Assembly (NCBI RefSeq): GCF_006345805.1
Contig: NC_043003.1
Location: forward strand, 77,686,001-77,750,000
DNA: 64,000 nucleotides
Source of the DNA: Octopus sinensis
Lineage: Eukaryota
Direction: 5' to 3'
Shown: one piece after another, positions 15,110-28,350 of the stretch
How the letters are laid out: each line of letters begins with the position of its first letter
Numbering within the stretch: the stretch's first letter is position 1
Translations under genes and position numbers: made by a program
The notes under the pieces: generated by a model
The model's input: the letters and a program-made list of their open reading frames with translations, nothing else
The model's database searches: none
Told to the model about the DNA's origin: nothing

Positions 15110-16000
15110 CTGAGAAAAGTCTTTCATATTTTTACTATTCTACTTATAGGTTGTATATGTAATGAGTGAGTGGATTTTTTATTCTGAAAATCCAAGCTTA
15201 TTCAGACTGTCAGTTAGCCATTTACTCACAAAACCAAGTGCACCAATTATTATTGGTATAAATGTAAAATTGTAATCTTGATAAAGAAATTGGAAGTTTC
15301 AAAGAAGCTATCCATTGTTATCCTTTTACTCTTTGATTTTCGGAGACATATTCACATCAGCAGGGCAGCTAACTGCTATGGCGGTGCATCCTATTTCTTC
15401 TCTGTCCTAAACAATATTCGGCCTGTTATGCCTACACTTCACAGATATTTTCATGGGAATGTTGCACCAGTATTCCTTGTGTTGATATTTTAATACGTTT
15501 TCAATAATAGGGGCATACTCTATATTTTTTCCAGGACAGTTTTTTTCCTGGATGACATTGTATATCGTTTTTTTGCGACAACTTTGTGTCGCATAGGGAC
15601 ATACGTTAATCACAAAAACTTAATATTCGCTTAATATCCTAGATCTAGAAAAACCTGTAACGGAAATAATCGTTATAAAATTGTTCTTAGTATCAGTATC
15701 CTATCGCTCTACGGAATAATAGATACTTTTGAAAGCAATAATAATAGTCTAAATAACAGAGCTGGGTAACTAGGTAAAAGAATAAAGTGCTTTACATCTG
15801 AATTAGCAATATTTTCAATAAATAAATAAAATTTCTCATAAAGAAATATTAAACGGTATCCATTGATGATGTTCCGGCCGGAAAAACTCAAGAGTTTTAG
15901 GTGTATGGATTTAATTTCCAGGTTATCTCTGGTTACGAGTTGTAATAGCTGTCTAGATACCCATTTATACATATAACATGTCATGGGAAATACATTAAAC
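15110..16000 (-). mobile_element. R4/Dong LINE relic, restriction-like endonuclease end
   Basis: KEYWCNIPMKISVKCRHNRPNIV...VSCPADVN...FIPIIIGALGFVSK. Confidence 0.8.
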
Positions 16001-17154
16001 AGAATCTGACAGTGGAACTCCATTTGGAGAGTTCAGAAGTTTCATGAGTTAGGAGTTATCCTTTAGTCACCACAATTCCCAGGTTCACTCTAGGCCAGAA
16101 TAATAATAGCTGTCTAGGGTTACATGTATGAGGCAAATGGAAGATGGTCCTGAGAATGGGTCATACAGAAATTGGAGGTGGGGCTAACCCCTAGACATAC
16201 GTCACACAAACTCAACATTGTGTGGGCATGCTTTGACGTTACGTGAACCAGTCTCTCTGAAATATGTTCTGTTCCTCAAGGATAAGCTTGTGGGATAGGA
16301 GACTAGCAGAGTAAAAGGTAAATAAATTGTCAAAAGGCAACAGGAAATCACTGCTATATATTTTCCATGAGAAATTAAGAATTTTTAGACTTTTGTGATT
16401 GTCTCCCTTGCATTTCTTGATAAAAAGTGCAGTGGGGACTGGCGTGGAATATGGAAAGGAAAAGAGGTGGCAAGAGAGACATAAACAAAGATCTTTGTGA
16501 CTCTTTTCAAAACTTTTATAAATTCAATACGGAGATGAAATTAATCAGTAGAGTGTGAAGAAACGAATAACGTTTTTACGGTAACTAAAATGAGTTCAAT
16601 ACTCTTCAAAACCCAATAAATTTAATGTGTTGTGAGGAAAATATTCTACAGTTTGGAGTAAGCCCCTTTCTATTATATGAGCCCACATAGAAACGTTAGA
16701 AATCCGATTCACAACGCATTAGCCTTTTTTTATAGCGTCTATCTACTGTTTACTAACTGAACCATAGTCAGAGAAATTATATGGTCGCTAGACTTGCTAA
16801 CATAGCAGCCAGATATCCTTCAAATCATCGGCCAACATCCTTAAGAAAGCGGGAATATATTGGACCTTGGAGTCCTCAGTATACTATACTTCAAAAAGAA
16901 AAGATGTGATAATGAAAGTTAGGTCTTTGATCATAGGTCTCCTCGATTAGAACTGATTGGAGACTACACCACTACCATCAGCACTTCAACCACTGCTACT
17001 ATCACTGACAGCAACAGACTCACCAACATCACTACCACTATCATTGCCACCACCACTACCGCCATCTACATCATATAAACCCTAACAACATTACAACTAC
17101 TATCATCACCGACAACAATAACAGTATAACAGAAGCAGACGTAACAAGAATGAC

Positions 17155-17870
17155 AACTTATTCCAATCTACTTCCTTAATTTCTATCATTATGCATTGGT
17201 AGACTCGTGGCTATTGCAAAAGTCCTTAGGATGCTCGAAGTCAGACTGAACTCGGAATCCACAAAATTTGAAAAATGAGCTTCAATGAAGCTCTATGTTT
17301 TGGGTAGAACTTGGAAACAGTGATCGGTGGAACCTATGTTGTTGTTGTTGCTGCTGCTGCTACTGCTGCTGCTGCGGCTGCTGCTACTGCTGCTGCTACT
17401 GCTGCTGCTGCAGCTGCTGTGAGTGTGTCACAGATGTATAGAGCCCTGGTATCGCTTAGTGAAAATGAAATATGTGCAAAGGGCTATGACCTTAGCAGAG
17501 TCTCCAAAAGATAGCGACGAAGAATCTTAAAGAAATAATACTTCATGTATCTTCAGTCCGGAGTTCTAGTCTCAATACTGCAACGGACTCTACTTTACTA
17601 AAGGCATCCAGAGAACGAGTGGTTGGGTTAACCCATAGGGAATTAATTCTACAACACAAAATCAAAGCAGATCCCTCTGACAGGCTTCTATGCAGTTTCC
17701 TACTTCCTTGATTTTAACCATAATGCGTTGGTAGACTCGTAACTATAGCAGAAGTTCTAAGGGTGCGCGTAGCTGGACCGAACCCGGAATCAGGTAACTA
17801 GAAAGAGAACTTCAATGAAGCTCACTCTGTTGGGTGAAACTTGGAATAGTGATAGGTGGAACCTATGTAG
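17155..17870 (+). repeat. Diverged local direct duplication, ~17155-17340 and ~17690-17870
   Basis: ttggtagactcgt...cttcaatgaagctc...aacttgga.a.agtgat.ggtggaacctatgt present twice. Confidence 0.65.
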
Positions 17871-18541
17871 ATACGTTGGTGGAAGGGGAATATAGAATTA
17901 TAGTATAAGGGTTTGCTGAACATTTCTGCTGCAAACTATTGCCATGGTTATTGTTGTTGTTGCTGCTGCTATTATTGTTGCTGTTGTAGTTGATGCTTAA
18001 CACCAGGTCAGCCTTGATCCAAAAGGTTAGCAAGGAATGATATTAGAAAGGAAGAAAGGTCATATGCTAATGTTTCTTGTTAGTTCTTGTGGGATGGTTG
18101 TGTAACTCGGCAAAGGCTAATCAAACTTTAGCACGTTTAAAAGAAACCATCAATGAATGACATCTTTCCTATCCAACACTAAAATTAATTATGGAAGATA
18201 ATCAGCTTAAATTGCATGCTTTCTAACAATTACATAGTTTAAACAAGCAATTAGATTCACTTACGTGGAATTATAATAACTGATCCGTAATTCAAGACGT
18301 TGTGGTATTTCAAATGAAACTTCTTACAGATAATTATCCCCCCCCACTCTTGGGTACGTATATTCTACATTAGAATACCTTCTCTCTTAAATATTAGGAT
18401 ATCACATCATATGTGTGTATGTGTGTATATGTATAAATGTATAAATACATATATTTAACGGTTGGTTTGTGACGATTGCCACTTCTCACCTACAATGTAT
18501 TTATATTTCGATAGCGATAAACTCTGTTTTTAATCCCATAG

Positions 18542-18628
18542 ACCTTAAACTACAGTGAAAAGAACAGGAGCGTATTCGATGTTATTGACCGCAATGTGGC
18601 AACAGTGAATACAAAGACGTATTCTTAT
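18542..18628 (+). CDS. Weak candidate 87-nt exon (TLNYSEKNRSVFDVIDRNVATVNTKTYSY)
   Basis: ctctgtttttaatcccatag|...|gtaatg; single open frame; no homology recognised. Confidence 0.2.
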
Positions 18629-18839
18629 GTAATGTGGTTGTTATACTAATTACTGCTAATAAATATACAAGGCTCCAGTTGCTGAGGTGTGAATAGTTGA
18701 TTAGATCAACTACAGTACTTGACTAATTATTATTTCGCAGACGACGAAAGATAAGTCATTAATTGAAACGGTGAGATTTAAAAGGAATACAATTATACAC
18801 CGAAATAGATTTTATGATAATAGTAATAAAAATTATTTC

Positions 18840-19050
18840 TATAATAGGTACAGAGCCTGAAATTTTAGGGGAGGTGGCAATTTGATTACATCCACTCCAG
18901 TGCTCGACTGGTATTTACTTTATCCAACAACGAAAGGGTGAAAGGCAAGCTCGACGTCTGTGGAAGTGGATCGCAGAACGTAAGGAGCTGGAAGAAACGT
19001 TGTTAAGCATTTTGCCTAACGTGCTATCTATTTTGCCAGCCCATCGCTTT
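18840..19050 (-). mobile_element. Meta-like SINE (diverged)
   Basis: Same layout as 9490-9700; abuts (CAA)n(TAA)n at 19055-19195. Confidence 0.75.
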
Positions 19051-19126
19051 AATAAAAACAACAACAACAACAACAACAACAATAACAATAACAGTGATAA
19101 TAATAATAATGATGATAATAATAATG

Positions 19127-19159
<33 letters not shown>

Positions 19160-19194
19160 TAATAATAATAATAATATAATAATAATAATAATAC

Positions 19195-19625
19195 AGCAAA
19201 TATTCTGCTCAATACCACAGATTTGCTTGTCAGTTGTTTGATTTTAACTATTTGGGCTGGTGGCAGACGATATGTGCATCCCTGATCACGAGCAAAAGTA
19301 GTCGGGGAGCATCATAGCCATATGTTGAGAGGAATTCTTTGGGGTTTGAAAAATTCACCTCTGAAAACACGGGTATTTTGTTCAACGACCTTAAACAAGC
19401 CTTATTCAGGTACTTTTTGACCGAGATGGGCTACTCGACCTGAAGAAAATTATAACTGGACCCTACCTGCAAGGTCATTTGCTGTTTATCTTGATATGAG
19501 ATCACTATGTCGCGTATATATGGTCATGATACATGTATCTAGTGTACCCTTATCAGACGGGTAGTTATGATGGGTATATTGGACTTCGTATATTTTACTA
19601 GAGTGTCACTTTGATGGCAAGCAAT
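19195..19625. mobile_element. Interspersed repeat fragment, probably a SINE tail or LINE 3' end
   Basis: Higher-GC block flanked by (AAT)n tracts; family not established from this window. Confidence 0.35.
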
Positions 19626-19656
19626 ATTCGCCCACTCAACAACAACAACAACGATG

Positions 19657-19717
<61 letters not shown>

Positions 19718-19744
19718 CAACAACAACAACAAAATAAATAGTAG

Positions 19745-20630
19745 AAAACGAAGCACTGAAGATGAGAAACCTAATGTAGAAGAAGATAGAAAGTATTGGA
19801 TAAATCAGTCAATCATAATGGAGATGCAGTATGGTCAAAGAAAGTGAAGGAAGAAGTAGTGAGTGAGAAGCAGCCAGATTTAAGATTAACTACTGCATTA
19901 ATGAGTAAAGTGTTAGGAAAATGCCGAATTTGAGGGGCCCAGAACCAGATTTAGTCCAAGGGTACTGGTTATGGAAATTTAGCAGTTTACATGAGAGGCT
20001 GAGGGAACACTTCAGGATTGCCTTAATGACCCAATAATACCAGATTGAATGACTAGAGGAAGGACAATACTCCTTATGAAATATAAAAGCAATGGTATTA
20101 CAGGTAGCAATTATAGACCAATCATTTGCTTACCATTTGTGTGGAAGCTGTTAACAGGAATGCTTTCAGAAAGCTTTTACGAGCACCTTGACAACCAGAA
20201 TTTACTGTCAGAAGAACAGAAAGGTTGCAAGAAGAAGGCTATTGGAACACACGAGCTATTATACATACACAAAGCAGTTCTAAATTAAGTAAAGGCTAGA
20301 AACAAAAATCTAACAATAGCATGGATAGATTATAAGAAAGCCTATAACATGATCCCACACTCATGTATAAGTGAATGTTTGAGTATATTCAGTATAGAAG
20401 ACAACATAAGAGAATTAATTAGCTTTAGCATGAAGAAATGGCAAGTAGATCTCTACTCTACTCAGATGACAGTCTTAGAGAAAATTAATATCAAGAGAGG
20501 AATTTTCCAAGGATCTCGTTATCCTCTTTAATATTTGTCTTAAGTTTGATCCCCCTCAATTTATTAGTAAAGAAGGCAAAAGCGGGGCATCAGTTCAGAA
20601 ATGGCAAGGGAAAAAATAACCTTTTGCTCT
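19745..20630 (+). mobile_element. R4/Dong LINE reverse transcriptase relic
   Basis: GPEPDLVQGYW, NYRPIICLPFVWKLLTG, EEQKGCKK, AWIDYKKAYNMIPHS, KRGIFQG; lies just after (AAT)n(AAC)n. Confidence 0.92.
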
Positions 20631-20997
20631 TTAAGAGAAAAGACAACCAAAAGGTCTCATGCTATTCATTTAAAAATTCACGAGTAGAACATTATTATCT
20701 CTGCCTTTGAAACTATTTTGAATGGTGAATTTGTTAACTTTAACTTGTATTAGATAAGGATAAACTATTTATTATTGTTACTAAATTTTCTACAACCACC
20801 TTTACATTCCATGATTACCAGTGGGACCGATCAGGTACCGGATAAGGATTCTGGATTGTTTTTCCGTTTTTTTTTTTTTTTTACTTAATTTTTGAGAGCG
20901 GTCGGGTTCATTCTTAGTATTCTCGTTTGTGAAAGCAGATATTCTCATTTTAAAAATCATCTCTGGCTAATCGTGGAGAAGTTGGTGTTGCCTTGTG

Positions 20998-21176
20998 CTC
21001 TCTTCTTCTTCTTCTTCTTCTTCTTCTTCTTCTTCTTCTTCTTCTTCTTCTTCTTCTTCTTCTTCTTCTTCTTCTTTTCTTCTCCTTCTTCTTCTCCTTC
21101 TCTTCTTCTTCTTCTTCTTCTTCTTCTTCTTCTTCTTCTTCTTCTTCTTCTTCTTCTTCTTCTTCTTCTTCTTCTA
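20998..21176. repeat. (CTT)n microsatellite
   Basis: Seen directly. Confidence 0.97.
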
Positions 21177-21609
21177 AGGATCTTTTTTAGCATCCACAAC
21201 TTCTCGAAATGAAATAAAAATCACGAAACTTTTACATAGGGTTATAAGAAAGAAAAGATATCTTGAAGTGTGAAAAAACACACCTACAACTAACGGAGGT
21301 AGGAGTAAAAGACATTAAACACTAAGTAGAATGACGTACTATACAATTTTAAAAGTACACACACGCACACATGTGTTGGCTGATCGTTGTTTGGCCACTC
21401 TGTTTTTGTAAGACCTTGAATTCTTAAATGTCTGTATGTTGGAGTTAAGCTATCTTTAAAAGAAATACAGAAACCATCTAAATATAATGGACGAGGATCA
21501 GAAATAACCAGAATATAGAGGCTGAAGTACCCTTTTCCAAAATTTTACTCCAGCTGATAGTGAAACTCAGAGTTGGTCCATTCATTTCAGCTATGCTCAT
21601 TACTCTTAC

Positions 21610-21679
21610 CTGCCATTTTGCAAATTTATGGGTGGAAAGCCACTTCCTTTTTGGACCGCATTTTCCTTTCAAGTGTTTG
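21610..21679 (-). CDS. Weak candidate 70-nt exon (KHLKGKCGPKRKWLSTHKFAKWQ)
   Basis: atttttccag|...CAG|gtaaga; one open frame; isolated. Confidence 0.18.
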
Positions 21680-21744
21680 CTGGAAAAATCTATGAGGATT
21701 TATTCGAAGTCCTTTCAGTCTAAGTTACAGTCTAAGCTGTAGAT

Positions 21745-22050
21745 ACGGGGGGGGGCGTAGAAAATTCCTGGTTTTTCTTCCCAATAAAAAAGAACGTGGC
21801 GCGATATATTAACGATATATTAACGATCTCGAACTTCCATCATTCGTCAACAACAGTTTGATATAATTCCACAAGTCAGTACTGCTAAGACACTGAACGT
21901 ATGCGTGGAGAACACTCCTTCGAAATTTCAGACAAACCAAACTGACGTCTCTGCTTTGTTTGCTGAGTTTCTCTTGAACCGGTAATTTCTCGTGGTAGTA
22001 TTGCCAGACCCAGGATTTTTCCAAAGTAATTTGCAAAACCTGAATTTTAA
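21745..22050. mobile_element. Possible Tc1/mariner terminal fragment
   Basis: tacgggggggggcgtagaaaattcc resembles TACGAGGG-type mariner TIRs; no partner TIR seen. Confidence 0.25.
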
Positions 22051-22437
22051 AAAATCAGACAACAATATTACTGATGATAGTCGCCACTCTCTTTACGAAC
22101 AACTTGGCTAAAATCGTAAACTCTACATCTTCAACCCACAAAACTTATTTACTGTCTGTTGTCAGTTGTGCTAGTAAGCTGATAATTCCGTAGAAAGGAA
22201 GTCTGGAATGTATAAGCAAAGCTTGTGGGGCAAGCCTTCTAATTCCGACAATTTTTCCCTCACACAAATCTCTCTACCTCTGTATTTCTGTCACCGTTAT
22301 CAGCCTCTCGCAACACTGTCTCTGATAGTGTCGAAGACCTGCTATCAGTAGTCTGCTGACAACTCCACACAAGCTCACCAAAGTACCAGCTTGTGCGGTA
22401 TTGTTTATGCTATTTTTGCATTGTTGTTACTGTTGTT

Positions 22438-22452
22438 ATTGATGATGATGAC

Positions 22453-22508
<56 letters not shown>

Positions 22509-22510
22509 CA
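22438..22510. repeat. (GAT)n microsatellite
   Basis: Seen directly. Confidence 0.95.
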
Positions 22511-23039
22511 CTTGTAGAGGCACATGTGGCGATAGAAGACGTGGTAATAGTGTCGTTGCAGCTGGTGTAGATAGTGATCTCTATACGTGGTTTCTCCTTC
22601 CGGTAAAAGCTTAAGCAGTACTAATTCTGATGCTGCTGATGGAGGCCATAGTGGGGAAGCTGGCTGTATTCGGGTTATACCGAGTGGTTATCGAGTGCTT
22701 ACTGAGTGCTTGTCATCCATCTTATCACACGTCATATTGCCAACAAAACATGCAACAATTAAATATAAAAATTTACATTTCAAACAAATATAAATAACTG
22801 AAGCTTTTCTACAATATAACAGAGGCTTTGCTTCGATGCTCTGCGGCTATAACAAGAACAAAAGATTTTCTGGAGAATAATGGTAAAGAAAATCCACAGA
22901 ATTTAACTAAAGTAGTCATGATAGTCATACAGAATGACTCGAGGATAGTGAATCCGCAGGAACCTGATACAATGCAACAATATAAGATCTATAATAAGGA
23001 GCCGATAATTGCTGAAAGGGTCATAATTCTATCACATCA

Positions 23040-23600
23040 AATCTATTCAAAGATTTTCTCAACGATTACGTAGTCGGTCTAGTTTGGGGAATTTGTCAAA
23101 CTTGTAGATTATCACCGGTAACATTTTATCTCGTATATTAAAAGGATTTTAAATAATTGTTGAAGTAACAGTTTTGCTGTTGGAAAAGTCATTGAAGCCA
23201 GTGATCTAGATGTATAGTGCCCCGAAATAAGTTGCCTTAACATACGATGCAAGTGAAAAGTTTATATGAGGAGAAATAATTTCTCATGACTATCATCGTG
23301 TAAAGAACATTAGCCACAATTGAAACAACATACTAAACTACAGAAAGGGAAGCCTTAGCAATTGCTTTCTATATTCGAAGTACTTGACAGTTTCTGTTTG
23401 GCCAAACACTTTCATTAGTTTCAGCGTATAGGTTACTAGAATATATTTTTAACAGTAGTTGTGGTTTGCCAAATGTAACATCTGCATGTATTTTAAGTTG
23501 AGCTTCACAGATGACAGCATTTTATTACCGAATATTTTATGAAAAAAGATCTGAAATACCACATGTTGATGCCCTATCACGGTTGAAATTTATTCATAAT
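23040..23600 (+). mobile_element. Gypsy RT-connection/RNase H relic
   Basis: LTYDAS...EALAIAFYI...QFLFG...TAFYYRIFY...IPHVDALSRL. Confidence 0.72.
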
Positions 23601-25399
23601 GACGTAATGCTGGTTTGGATGAACGTGATCACGATGAAAATGGGTGTTCTTCATCCATCATTTAGCAACTTATGTAATAAAACATGAAAATATCAGATTA
23701 GAGCCTGTCAAATAATTATATTTTATGTGGTACACTAAAATCTGTTTTAATTAATACAACAAATAAAATATTATGATTGGCAGTTTCTAGAAGATGGGCA
23801 GAAAAGTCACCATCACAAACACGTTCATTCAAACCAATATTTTTAATAAATTCTAATCGTGATAATGCATTCACAAGCGATATTTCTGATCCCTTTCTTT
23901 GAGTTATTTCACAATTAAATTTTATCCATCACAGAATACGTATAAAGCCCACCTCAAAAGTAATGAAAGCCTGTAAACCACAGCTACAATTGAAATATAT
24001 TCTTGCGGTCTACGAGCTGAAATCAATTTATATTAGATAAAATCATAAAGAAGCTGGTTTTGTCAGACAGTGTTAATGGTGATAAAATTTGTCCTCCATC
24101 GAAGGCGACAGGCTAAGATTTCTTCTTGAGTGAGTGATTGTCTAATAACTCAAAGCCATGAGACTCAGATATGCATTAATAGAACCTTTACTTGGAGAAT
24201 ATGTTTTCAAATTCATTTAAACGCAGCCATTCCTTCGATAATTTCATTTGATTCTGGATATGAAGGCATTTTCGTAGATTTACATCTGAACTTAGCAAGC
24301 CATAAATACAAGGCATTAATCAATTTGCTCGGCGTTGCTTTGACTAATTCCTTAAAAATTGATTTGTTCACTGCCAAAATACCTAATCAACAACTGTTTA
24401 TTATACTTCAAAACTCTTTATATTTTAAACAACCGAATCGAGTTAGGTGTCGAAAACTGTACACTTTTCCTCATGCAATATCGATTTGGTTATGTAAATA
24501 TCATGGCGTAAATGTAAATATGAATAAATTATTTCATAAGAATATAACACACAGATTTACCACTTAACAGGAGATTACTTAATCTGAGTTATTGCAAATA
24601 ATGAGTGATTAATTAGGTAGAAAATGAACACCATTGATAAACTGTATTTGAAGGCAAAATTAATAACCAATTTAATGTTACGCAAAAAGTAAATATAAAC
24701 AAGTTCAATGATTCCTTAATATCTAATCAACTAATGTACTAGACTTTTGTATAGTGGTAGTATGAATGATTTAACAAAATAGGGCTTCAAGTGTTTACTT
24801 CAAAACCTATATCATAACAAAATAGATGTCAGTATTTTAGGTTGTGACTCATGGTTATGAAAATTGAGAATATTCAAATCTTGTTTGAGTTTAAATGACG
24901 CCAATTTTACTTGATGAAACGGGTATCTAGAATAAATTCGAATTAAACCAATTTACTCCAGTACATTCATGCGTTCAATAATTAGACTAATTATAGTGTG
25001 AAGACTAAAGGTTATGTTGTTGCTTCGGGGCGTTACTAGATGGAAATATTAGAGCAACAGACACTTAAGGACGTAACCAAACAAAATTAAACAGTGCACC
25101 TGAGCACTGTATACAATAATTTCATTATTATCATTGTCAGAATTTTCTAGCGAAGAACCAAACATAATCCCGATAGAACGAATAAATTCAGTTTGTCAAA
25201 AATAGATGAGAATAAATATGTGATCTTAATTTTTGTCACGCTCTTTCCTATTCATTTCAATCTGTTACACTTAACAATTATATTACAATAAACATGATCA
25301 AACGAAGTAGCCACACCATCATTCAATGCTCACAACTGCATTGTGTGCGATCATTGATCTACTCGATTCGGGTTGACCTTAGACTAAAAGACAAGTATA

Positions 25400-26005
25400 A
25401 CACATATAACAAAGTAGTGACATATAGATTAGATGTGAATTTGAGAACCTCAAAAGAAATTGGCTGTCGAATGTTGTTAGAAATACACTTCCGACATTTT
25501 CATTTCAATTTCTTTGTAGAAAATTTTGGTGCAGTAAAAGAGCAAGGTGAACGATTCCATCAAGATATTAAAACAATAGAAACTTGAGAACAGCAATTTA
25601 AAAATGAAGAAACAGTGAATGATTATCGCTAGATGCTATATGAAACGACCCACACCAAGTAACACTTTAAAATTCTTGCATAATGTAGAGTTTTCAGTTA
25701 CATATGTATCTAATTGACTCTGTGATATAAAAATGATGTTAAAATAAATTATGTATGAATTTATCCAATGAAGTGAACGCTATGTTTCGATTCAAACATT
25801 TATAAAATCTTATATAAAATGTTATTCAATATATCTTAAAGTATTGAGAAAAAAAGAAAACTAAGATCGTCATATTTTAAACATTAAACGTGAAAGATGA
25901 AAACTAAAACCAGATTCAGAATTAGCGCCCAAAACACGTTCAGAAACAAGTAATTTCATTACGGCTGAAGAGAAAAATTTACTTTATGGAGCATTGTTAT
26001 ATTAA
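25400..26005 (+). mobile_element. Chapaev3-like (CMC) DNA transposon 3' relic
   Basis: IGCRMLLEIHFRHFHFNFFVENFGAVKEQGERFHQDIKTIE matches the recalled motif MSLKIHFLHSHLDFFPENLGAVSDEQGERFHQDI; family name is from memory. Confidence 0.62.
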
Positions 26006-26181
26006 TAATCCACAAAGAAAAAGGAAATAGTTTACCCGGCCGGTATTTCAGCTGAAAACGTTGCTGGTTTCATCTAAATACACCAATGAATTTAACCCAG
26101 TACCGCAGTGACTTTGTAACAAAACCGTTCTTTGTATATTAATAATTAACTAGTGGGACCTGTGGAAATTCCACAGAGCTT

Positions 26182-26562
26182 ACGAACCACATGGTTCCGG
26201 GTTCAGTCCCACAGCATGGTACTTTGGGCAAGTGTCTTCTACTATAGCCTCGGGCCGACCAAAGCCTTGTGACCGGATTTGGTAGACGGAAACTGAAAGA
26301 AGCCCGTCGTATATATGGATGTGTGTGTGTGTGTGTGTGTGTTTGTGTGTCTGTGTTTGTCCCCCCTTCAACATCGCTCGACAACCGATGCTGGTGTGTT
26401 TACGTGCCCGTAACTTAGCGGTTCGGCAAAAGTGATCGATAGAATAAGTACTAGGCTTACAAAGAATAAGTCATGGGGGTCGATTTGCTCGACTAAAGGT
26501 GGTACTCCAGCATGGCCGCAGTCACATGACTGAAACAAGTAAAAGAGTAAAAGAGTAAAAGA

Positions 26563-26565
<3 letters not shown>
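26182..26565 (+). mobile_element. SINE family C (5'-truncated), internal (TG)n, (AAAAGAGT)n tail
   Basis: Collinear with 33857-34264. Confidence 0.9.
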
Positions 26566-26624
<59 letters not shown>

Positions 26625-27474
26625 GAGACAGAGAGAGCGTGAAAGATTAAGAGAAGCTATTTAAGAAAGAAAGGATTATTTTTATATTCATTTTAAGTTA
26701 TTTCACTTCCACTCACAATAATATATTATATGATTTAAAAAGTTTCCTCTGCTAAGCACTTTGTATCTCCATCTTCCTCGCTGCCTCTTCAACAAACTTT
26801 TTATCCATGTATAATCCCCGCTTCTTGTCTTTAACATTTCTCTCTTACTCTTCACCTTTCCCTCCCCACACTACAGCACGTCATTAACACTTCTCTTTAC
26901 CTCTTTTCTCTCACCATAATTTTCTCTCGCTCTTCGCCTCCTCCCTTCAATTAACCACGTGATGCATTTGGCCTTAACGTATTATTATACTCCTCTCTTA
27001 TTTCTTCTCTACTTACATTTCTCCCCCCCACCCTCTCTCTCTCCCAGTTTTACTCCACCTGTCACTCACTCCACCTCCACCTCTCTTACTAAAGTATAAC
27101 GGGCGAAAGAACAAGCAAATTATTATATAGATGCAAAATTTCAGTCGCCACGCTATCACCACCACCATTATTGATGCTGCCACTGCTGCTGTTATTGTCG
27201 CTGCTGTTGCTGCTGCCGCTACAACAACAACAAAAACAACAACAACAACAACTACTACTACTACTACTACACTGGCTAATATAAGCCCCCAAAGGTTCAT
27301 TGGAAATAACTTGGGATGCTGAATAGCATCGTTTATTTGAAATGACAGAGTAAGACAAGATTGAGTGTTTATAAATATCCACTCCATGAAATATTCATGA
27401 CTTTACGATCAGGCAAACACACAAATAGAAAGTATCAACACATTGTTCCTTGTAAACTTTTGTCAATCGCCGAC

Positions 27475-27627
27475 AACGATGACGACGACGAGGATGATGA
27501 TGATGATGACGACGATGATGATGATGACGACGACGACGATAATGATGACGACGATGACGATGATGATGATGATGACGATGATGATGATGACGACGACGAT
27601 AATGATGACGACGACGACGACGACGAC

Positions 27628-27665
<38 letters not shown>

Positions 27666-27720
27666 CGATGACGATGACGGTGATGATGATGACGACAACG
27701 ACGACGACGACGATGATGAT
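27475..27720. repeat. (GAT/GAC)n microsatellite
   Basis: Seen directly; source of the poly-D, poly-S and poly-M/T ORFs. Confidence 0.95.
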
Positions 27721-28089
27721 TTAATTTCTCTTAGGAATTATTTATTCCAACAATAAGAAATTGGCAATGGGTTGACTGAATCGGGTGGGCGTCGGACAAA
27801 ACTGACTTGCGGTGTTTAGTTACGGCCTTTTATTCTCTGATTTCAAATCTCACCGAGTTCAACTTTGCCTTTCATTCTACTGAGATCGTTAGAATAAAGT
27901 ACGTGTGAAGTACTGACGTTGACATATTAACCTCTTACTTTTTCTCCAAATTCGTTGCTTATTCTTTCGTAAGAAATTATTATAGCAATAATAATCATTC
28001 TTTTATTTAGTCTCAGAGTCCTCACACACAGATGCATATAGACACACTATTTCGTTTTATACAAAACGATTACAAAACATATTGTAAGT

Positions 28090-28350
28090 ATTTATTAATT
28101 AATGGAACAAAAGCAAAATATCTCTTCTCCATCTGAAATAAAGACCCAATTCCGTAACAGCTTAGGGTTCAAGTGGTTACAGCTTTGCAATAACTTTCCA
28201 AAATCCTCAGAGATCCCTGAGATGTTTATGTGGAAAAGTTCAAAAGTGTATTTAGGGATAATTTTTTAAGAGATCCCAGATGAACCCACATTGTAGCAAG
28301 AAATGCTTAAAAGGGCATTTTTGTCCAATAAAGTTCCTTAATTCATATTC
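28090..28350 (+). mobile_element. CR1-like LINE 3' end relic
   Basis: FRNSLGFKWLQLCNNFPK...IPDEP resembles the CR1-type ORF2 end NSLGFRGPQLFN..PK...VPDEP. Confidence 0.5.

Noticed and set aside
16080-16330. GC-richer block that might be a non-LTR 5' UTR or HDV-like ribozyme
   Set aside because: Could not build the nested double pseudoknot by eye; family not assignable
18250-18364. Overlapping mini-exon candidates on both strands, and a frame with one TGA that editing might rescue
   Set aside because: Equally good candidates on opposite strands show the chance level; the A of UGA has a 5' G, a disfavoured ADAR context
27361-27756. 131-aa poly-Asp ORF resembling acidic biomineralisation proteins
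   Set aside because: Simple (GAT/GAC)n tract open in several frames; no signal peptide or convincing splice context
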